Virus record (IMG/VR): IMGVR_UViG_3300029319_000027
DNA: 64,000 nt
Source: an uncultured virus (IMG/VR IMGVR_UViG_3300029319_000027)
Taxonomy: Duplodnaviria; Heunggongvirae; Uroviricota; Caudoviricetes
Reading direction: 5' to 3' (one strand)
The notes beneath the pieces are model-generated. The model saw only the letters and a list, made by a program, of their open reading frames with translations, had not been told where the DNA came from and ran no database searches. The position numbers and the translations under genes are program-made. Numbering within the stretch: position 1 is the stretch's first letter; every line of letters starts with the position of its first letter. Shown here piece after piece: positions 57,855 to 64,000 of this stretch.

Positions 57855-59111
57855 TTAGAAGTTTGTTATTTTGTGGAAAGCTGCTTGCCTGTAAACAGGG
57901 AAACCGACTCTCATTGTTGCTCTAATAGCGAGCTGATTCTTAATAAAGAAATCAGAGTGGCTATCAGAAACAGCGATGTCCATTCCTTGTCTCATGACAA
58001 CATGAGCTGCTTCTCCACCACCAAACTTACCGACAAGAACAGTGTTCTCAGCGATAGCTGTGGTTGGGACAACTTTTAATCCCCAAATGGATGCTACAGG
58101 AGCATTGCCCATGGCACCTGCTGCCATGAATAGTGGGACATTAGCTGCATATCCTGCAGATGAGTCTCCAGCAAATCCTGTTAAGGATGTTACTACTGTA
58201 TTCCAATCGTTTGGATGCATAACTATTGCATCTGGTTCTGTAAATGCATTAACACGAATGTTTGTAATTGCACTATAAATCGCACCAACTCTACCTAAGT
58301 TACCATTGAACTCAGTTGAGTAGTTTGTAGAACCAACATTTGATTTACCTGCGTCCAAGATACCTTCTAGGTTTGGAGCAGAACCGTCTCCTGAAAGGAG
58401 TTGGCTGTCCAAACGAAGTTTAATCATTGTTTGTAATCTTGAGTTTAAGTAACCTTGAATTCCAGCTTCATCAGCTAATAATTCATCAGTAACAGGCAAG
58501 AATACACCAAGTTTTCTGATGGATTCTGTGTTTTCTGTGAATGCTAATGCACCTTCGCCAACGGCTGAACCTTCAGCAGCTTCTGCTGCGTTGTTTGTGA
58601 AGGTTGTTTCTTCCAAATAACTGAAAGAGTTTTGATCAGTTGTAATTTGGTCGAATAAGCCGATGACAGAATCAGGGTCTCTTAAAGCAGTCTCAAGAAT
58701 ACCTGGTTGTCTTAGGACCTCAGGTGGATAACCTGTGGTTGTTAATGTGGTTTTTGTTTCAAGATTGTTAGGAGCAAATTTTACTCTGCTGTCTACACCC
58801 TTGATACCACTGTCCTTATAATTTTTCCAAGCATCTGACTTAACAAATTGCTCTCCAATTGTAAGGGTTTCATTCTCTGTTGGGAAATTGCTTGCTACAG
58901 GTTGTGAATCAGCATCAATAGCTTTTTCATTTTTCGCTTGAGCAGATTTAAGATTTACTTCTTCGACTAAAGAAGCGAGTTCTTCGTTTCTTTTTCCGAT
59001 TTCATTCTTTTGCTCTGTAGAATATTTTCCATCCTCTGAGGATTCAAATAATTCTTTTAGCTCAACTCTTTTAGCAGCTAATTTCTCACGGAGGTCTTTG
59101 ATATCTGACAT
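57855..59111 (-). CDS. Major capsid protein, HK97 fold with N-terminal delta domain
   Basis: AEG, VTDELLAD, GDG..PNLEGIL, VMHP.DW and F.KNQLAIRA.MR; AGGAG RBS before ATG 59111. Confidence 0.95.
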   Translation of the reverse strand: MSDIKDLREKLAAKRVELKELFESSEDGKYSTEQKNEIGKRNEELASLVEEVNLKSAQAKNEKAIDADSQPVASNFPTENETLTIGEQFVKSDAWKNYKDSGIKGVDSRVKFAPNNLETKTTLTTTGYPPEVLRQPGILETALRDPDSVIGLFDQITTDQNSFSYLEETTFTNNAAEAAEGSAVGEGALAFTENTESIRKLGVFLPVTDELLADEAGIQGYLNSRLQTMIKLRLDSQLLSGDGSAPNLEGILDAGKSNVGSTNYSTEFNGNLGRVGAIYSAITNIRVNAFTEPDAIVMHPNDWNTVVTSLTGFAGDSSAGYAANVPLFMAAGAMGNAPVASIWGLKVVPTTAIAENTVLVGKFGGGEAAHVVMRQGMDIAVSDSHSDFFIKNQLAIRATMRVGFPVYRQAAFHKITNF

Positions 59112-59127
59112 TGATATTCTCCTATTG

Positions 59128-60495
59128 CTAAATTTCGTCTTCTTCTTCTGTTTCAGCAATTAATGAGTCTGCGATTGTTCTTTGAGTTTCCATGAGTAGA
59201 GACTCTAAATCTTCATCAATTTCATCAGTTGCCACTTCTTCAGTTACAGCTTCGACAGGAACTTCAACTTCTTCAATTACTTCAACTTCTGCTTCTGCAA
59301 TCTCAGCTTCTTCAGTTTCTTCAACTTCTTCAACTGCGACTTCTTCAACTTCAGTTTCAACAACTTCTTCTGTCTCTGTATCCACATCGTCTACTTCAAC
59401 TTCTTCTTCTACTGCAGTAGCAGTAGCTTCAGGAAGTGTTCCGACTTCTTCGATGATTTCATCAATCTCGGTCCATGCGTCATTCAAATCTTCACGGACT
59501 GCATTAAGTGCTTCGGTTGCCTTTTCTGACAATTTCCTACCATCCTTTACTCGTAATAAGCCAATTGCTTTGGCTCGTACTATGAGGCTATCCAATGCAG
59601 CAAGCACATCTTTTACCTCTTCAGAGAAAGTCAACCCTGTCAAGCTAGGTGCCTTTCCTGAATCCTTTTCCTCAGATACATCATCTTCAGGAGTATCTGA
59701 TTCTTCGACAATTTCCTCGCCCATTTCATCTTCAGGCTCTGGATCATTTGTCTCAACATCTTTAATTTCTGTTTCTTCGTCAATAGATTTTCCTACTGCT
59801 TCTTCATACTCTTCATGTGTTTTACATGGCATAAATACTTCTTTGCCATCTACTTCATGAGTGTGAACGCCAACAGGACAACTTAATTCTTTTGACCTGT
59901 TCATAGCTTCAGCAGGATTATCAAAAGTATCTTTTGCATATGCTGCTTTTTCTTCTTCTACTGATTCAGTATCTACAACTTTTTGTTCCAATTCGTCTTT
60001 TTCTGAGGCTTCTTTAATAGCCATGGTATAGGTTTCTTGATTAGCACCAACTAGAACAGGGGAGACTTCGTAAACTGTTAAATCTTTGAGGTATCTTGCA
60101 GTTTCTTCTTCAGCATCAGCAGATTTTTGCCATTTGCCTACTTCTGAATCTTCAACTCTAAAACCAAAAGACCATTGTTGTAAATCGCCCATTGATTTGA
60201 CTAAGTTATAAGCTTCTTTTCCTGCTTCAGTATCCATGAAAAAATTACCTTCAAAGGTAGCTTTGTCATTGTCTTGTTTAATTTTTCCTTTTCCAATAGG
60301 CATGTCCCATTTGTGAGACCAAACCATAGGAACATCGCCTGATTTAAAACCTGACCTTACTGCTCCTGGAATGACAACATCGCCATCGCTATCTTTATTG
60401 TTGAATACTGAGAAAACTGCTTCTACAGCTCCCTTTTTAGATTTTGATTTTTTAAGTTCTATTTCAAACTCTTTTTTTTCTTTTTGTTCGTCCAT
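59128..60495 (-). CDS. HK97-type prohead protease with acidic C-terminal extension
   Basis: DSDGDV, WSH...PIG, WSFGF and YEVSPVLVGAN. Confidence 0.92.
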   Translation of the reverse strand: MDEQKEKKEFEIELKKSKSKKGAVEAVFSVFNNKDSDGDVVIPGAVRSGFKSGDVPMVWSHKWDMPIGKGKIKQDNDKATFEGNFFMDTEAGKEAYNLVKSMGDLQQWSFGFRVEDSEVGKWQKSADAEEETARYLKDLTVYEVSPVLVGANQETYTMAIKEASEKDELEQKVVDTESVEEEKAAYAKDTFDNPAEAMNRSKELSCPVGVHTHEVDGKEVFMPCKTHEEYEEAVGKSIDEETEIKDVETNDPEPEDEMGEEIVEESDTPEDDVSEEKDSGKAPSLTGLTFSEEVKDVLAALDSLIVRAKAIGLLRVKDGRKLSEKATEALNAVREDLNDAWTEIDEIIEEVGTLPEATATAVEEEVEVDDVDTETEEVVETEVEEVAVEEVEETEEAEIAEAEVEVIEEVEVPVEAVTEEVATDEIDEDLESLLMETQRTIADSLIAETEEEDEI

Positions 60496-60554
60496 AACTC
60501 CTATACCTCTTCCTTTTTATAATAACGCAAAAAATGGTCGATTGTCATATATTG

Positions 60555-62999
60555 CTAATTAGTGTGTCCTAATATCTCTTGTGCCTTTTTGTTACGAGCA
60601 TTAACTTTCTTTTTTTGCTCATTGACAAGTTTTTTCATTTCTGAAACACCACCTGTTGTAACTCCACCCCACTTCATAACTGCAATAGCACCATTCAATC
60701 TATTATTATTTTTATGACGATTCATAAAGCGTTCTCTTCGTTTTACCCAAGAAAGCACAGAAGCTGATCTATCGCCTGCTTTATACTTTGTCCATCTGTT
60801 AAAAGCATCATTGCCTGTAAATGCAGTTGGTGGGTTACCACCTGTTCCTGCTCTTCTCCAAATGGTTGGGTAATTTTCTTTTAAATCTTTTACATAGTTG
60901 TAGTCAGGGAATTGTCTGTACTGAGAGTTGCTCAAACTAATTTTTTGATTGTCTCCTGATTTTGGAAAGTTTGTAATTTTATCTTTCTTTTCTGATTTAC
61001 GCCAATCTTTAATTTTTTGTAATTTAGAAATTGGCTGTGTAACATTTCTATCTGTTTTTTTATGAGAACCGTCATCCATGATTGCCCAAACATTCATTGT
61101 TGCATTTTCTTTAGAAACAGAAACAACAACACCGTGAACTGTTGATGGTGGGTCTGGGTCTTTATTTATTGACCAACTAACTGTATCTCCAACACTTACA
61201 GAACTAGCTTTACTGTTCTCAGGCTCTATCTCAAAAGACTGTTCATATAAAGTTTCTGCCTCTTCTGTAGATACTTTTAGTTCTTCAATACCTCCTGATT
61301 TCTTAGAAGATAATGGATGTCCAGCAGGGAGCAGGTCTTGGTCAAAAGGCTTGCGTGGGAATCTTCCCTTTAATCCCTTAATAAAGGCATTAACCCGGGC
61401 TAATCCCCATTGGGTAGCACCTGTTACATTACCTCTTACCGAAGATGGATTTGTTCGATAAGCACCTACTCCTCTCCTGAACACTGCAGCTAACATTCTA
61501 TAGTTAGCTCTGTACTTAGGATTCTTTGCGTTATGGTCTTTTACTTTCTTTTGAAGACTCTTTTTGACTTTTGCAGAAATAGCAGTTGATTTTAGTCTTG
61601 TTGGTTTTTCAACAATTTTAGGACTTCTTTCGCTTTCAACACTTGCACCTTCAGTAGTCAATACATCTTTTAGTTCAAAAGATTTTTCAGGGAGTATAGG
61701 GTTTGCGTAATCTTCTTCTTTTGTAGGTTGTAAGTTTAATGGTCTTAGATAAACTGAATGGTCATCACTAGCATCTAAGCCAACTGCTTTTCTAGCTTCT
61801 CCAACTGTTATCCAACCACCTTGAACACCTGTGTTCATTCTCTTGAATACTTCAGACTTATCTGCATCTAGTGCTCTAACTTCTCCTAGATCATACTTAC
61901 AAACAAGTTTTGTATCTGAAGTAAAGTCTGCTTGTAATAGCTGAGATGTTATTTCATTAGCAACTGTTTGCCATAAAGGAATTAATTTTTGCTCAGTAAA
62001 AAATTCTCTAAGCTCTCTCGTGTTATTGTAAGTAGCAGCTTCAAGACCTGCACCTAATCCTGCAAGAATAGCAGGAACACCAAGAACAGCAGAAACTCTT
62101 TCTTCAGGAAGTCTTCTTAGTTTATTTAAATTTAATTGTTCAGGAGACCATGAAACTACTTTGACATCCATAGAGCCTGTAAGAATCATAGGAGCTCCTC
62201 TGTTTGCTCCACCGAATTTTTGTTTGTAAATCTGTGCGATAGCTTCTGCTTCATCTTTTGAAGGACCACCCATAGAGTCATCTTTTGGAGAAAGTATCAC
62301 TCCTGGTACAGCCATGTTATGCAAAAGGGCTGCTGCATATTGCCCTGCTGCTTCGTCTCCTAAAATTTCTCTTAACACAGATTTAAGGGGAGCAAAACCT
62401 TTTCTGTGGTCATTTGGGTCTATTCCTTGTCGGATATGTACTACCTCACTAGCAGGTATAACTTGAAATTCGTTTATTGATGTACTTCGTTCTTTTACAT
62501 AATATTCATAATGAGTTATGAGTTGTTCTTCATTACCTCTAGGTTTTACATAACTTGGAAGCAATGGAACTAATTCAACAACCCTGCCACTTCTTGCACG
62601 ATTCTTGAATAAGTATGCATCTCCTGTTGCATTCAAGGCTGTAATAATATAGTTCGCTAGTAAAGAACCTGATGTATATTGATTTGGTCTTGTAAGTAAT
62701 TGATTTACAGGATGGTCTTCTTGTTCAACCATTTCCCCGTTTTCTCTTTTGTAAACTTTTAATGATGGTTCAGCGAATGATGTGGATAAAACATTTAGAC
62801 ATGCAACAACTGCTGAGTTACCTGTGCCGTCTCCAACTTCTTGTAATTTTTTATCTGGAAAATATCCTGAACTTGTATTGTATCCATACACTAATGGATC
62901 AACACCTAGTGATTGATTATAGTTCAAGCCTTTAACCCTTTCGGGTGGTGCTTGCAAATATTCTACAAACCTTCTAAAACGAGACTTATCCTCTGCCAT
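60555..62999 (-). CDS. HK97-family portal protein with ~370-aa C-terminal multi-domain extension
   Basis: HP...LL.RPN, G.AY, EVVHIR, G.APL, LGVP and IT.GEARK. Confidence 0.92.
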   Translation of the reverse strand: MAEDKSRFRRFVEYLQAPPERVKGLNYNQSLGVDPLVYGYNTSSGYFPDKKLQEVGDGTGNSAVVACLNVLSTSFAEPSLKVYKRENGEMVEQEDHPVNQLLTRPNQYTSGSLLANYIITALNATGDAYLFKNRARSGRVVELVPLLPSYVKPRGNEEQLITHYEYYVKERSTSINEFQVIPASEVVHIRQGIDPNDHRKGFAPLKSVLREILGDEAAGQYAAALLHNMAVPGVILSPKDDSMGGPSKDEAEAIAQIYKQKFGGANRGAPMILTGSMDVKVVSWSPEQLNLNKLRRLPEERVSAVLGVPAILAGLGAGLEAATYNNTRELREFFTEQKLIPLWQTVANEITSQLLQADFTSDTKLVCKYDLGEVRALDADKSEVFKRMNTGVQGGWITVGEARKAVGLDASDDHSVYLRPLNLQPTKEEDYANPILPEKSFELKDVLTTEGASVESERSPKIVEKPTRLKSTAISAKVKKSLQKKVKDHNAKNPKYRANYRMLAAVFRRGVGAYRTNPSSVRGNVTGATQWGLARVNAFIKGLKGRFPRKPFDQDLLPAGHPLSSKKSGGIEELKVSTEEAETLYEQSFEIEPENSKASSVSVGDTVSWSINKDPDPPSTVHGVVVSVSKENATMNVWAIMDDGSHKKTDRNVTQPISKLQKIKDWRKSEKKDKITNFPKSGDNQKISLSNSQYRQFPDYNYVKDLKENYPTIWRRAGTGGNPPTAFTGNDAFNRWTKYKAGDRSASVLSWVKRRERFMNRHKNNNRLNGAIAVMKWGGVTTGGVSEMKKLVNEQKKKVNARNKKAQEILGHTN

Positions 63000-64000
63000 T
63001 TAGTACGCTACCCACTCTCTCTTATTATTTAAGTTTAACACTCCATATGCTAGCGTGTCGACAATATCGTCATGGCTACCTACAGGAAAAGTAATTAGCT
63101 CTCTTTCTGCTTCTCCAACCCAAGTTGCCAATTCATCATCAGGAAAGTATATTTGTCCACTTTCAAACTTTGCAGACAATGGCATAGCTCTTGACCTTTT
63201 ATCTTTATCTGCTTTTAATTCTTTTACGACAATTCCTTCTCTTTGAGCAAACTGTACAATAGCAAGCTGATAACCTGCTCTTTCAATTCCTACCCAAGAC
63301 AATTCGTTGTCATAAAATATTTTTTTAAGAGTTGGAATAATATCAGGAGCTTGCAATCTGTCTCTAAACATATCAGTAACAAAAAGATTGTTAGTTGCAG
63401 AATCATGAGCAAAAGAAGTTATGACTGTATAGTCAGCAGAATCTTTTGTTGACACAGCCAAGTCAACTGTAGCAAACTTGTGCATGTCATCCATAAGAAA
63501 CTCATCGTTTCCAATCTTACAACTTCTGACACCAGGCTTATAGTATTTAAACCAATCAGCTTTGAAAATTTGAGTTGTCTCATTTACAAACTCTGCTTCA
63601 TACTCTTGAGCAAAAGTTATTGAGCCTAGTTCAGCTTTTGCAGATTCTATTTCTTCAGGATCAATTCTTGGATTAGCAATTGTTGGAAATTTAAATCTTT
63701 CCCAATCTTCTTTGTTTTCTGAATCAACCCACAATCTGTAAAACCAATTGTTCATACCACGAGGTGTAGAAATAAATAATGCAGAACCTTTTCTTTCAGT
63801 AAGAGTCGGTCTTAAAACTTCTGTCCATGTTTCTTCTTTAACAAAGGCAGCCTCATCCATAACTAGGAAATCAAGACCTTCTCCTCTAAGTCTTTGTGGA
63901 TTGTCAGCAGATTTAACAGCAATAAAACCACCATCAGGAAAGTTAACAACCATATCGCCAACTTTGATATCTACTTTGATTCCTGTAAGTTTTGAAGATG
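63000..64000 (-). CDS. terL: Terminase large subunit (5' end outside the window)
   Basis: LRGEGLDFLVMDEAAF, ISTPRG.N.F, FAQEYEAEF, VDLA and HDDIVD. Confidence 0.95.
   Translation of the reverse strand, partial: SSKLTGIKVDIKVGDMVVNFPDGGFIAVKSADNPQRLRGEGLDFLVMDEAAFVKEETWTEVLRPTLTERKGSALFISTPRGMNNWFYRLWVDSENKEDWERFKFPTIANPRIDPEEIESAKAELGSITFAQEYEAEFVNETTQIFKADWFKYYKPGVRSCKIGNDEFLMDDMHKFATVDLAVSTKDSADYTVITSFAHDSATNNLFVTDMFRDRLQAPDIIPTLKKIFYDNELSWVGIERAGYQLAIVQFAQREGIVVKELKADKDKRSRAMPLSAKFESGQIYFPDDELATWVGEAERELITFPVGSHDDIVDTLAYGVLNLNNKREWVAY

Noticed and set aside
57855..59159. Capsid start at TTG 59159
   Set aside because: It overlaps the protease gene; ATG 59111 has an AGGAG RBS.
9400..59860. 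Many antisense or alternative-frame ORFs over structural genes (for example 9495, 10947, 32984, 36680, 40694, 59192)
   Set aside because: Shadows of codon bias in Thr/Ser/Glu/Gly-rich genes, with no RBS or motifs; 54100-54672 is the exception.
1..64000. tRNA, tmRNA, rRNA, integrase, transposase, intron or alternative genetic code
   Set aside because: No recognisable signatures by eye, and long ORFs are intact in the standard code; tRNAscan-SE or ARAGORN would be needed to exclude tRNAs fully.

Overview
A 64 kb AT-rich piece of a tailed dsDNA phage with an HK97-type head and a long non-contractile tail. The host is probably a low-GC aquatic actinobacterium (Acidimicrobiia / Ca. Actinomarina-like); this is inferred from an actinobacterial-type ferredoxin, a perfect Gram-positive SOS box, an Rpf/SLT-like enzyme, an r1t-type holin and a DUF5675-like endolysin with peptidoglycan-binding domains. 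On the minus strand, from 64000 to 5509, the order is terL, portal, prohead protease, capsid, connectors, major tail, frameshifted chaperone, tape measure, tail proteins, a large modular fibre/adhesin cassette, a 2OG-oxygenase/methyltransferase/ferredoxin cluster, lysis genes, a large secreted Fn3 protein, a GT60-like glycosyltransferase and a thermonuclease. A plus-strand island (52458-56378) interrupts the head-tail genes and carries an SLT, a C5 methyltransferase split over two overlapping frames, and a Dam-like enzyme. The first 5.5 kb holds small plus-strand genes behind a repeated ECF-like promoter (TGTAAC-N17-GTCTAA, six copies in the window), three candidate structured RNAs, a LexA box, a terS-like gene and an iteron-type origin preceded by NrdR-like boxes. 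All family assignments are from motif recognition by eye; no database searches or folding calculations were run.
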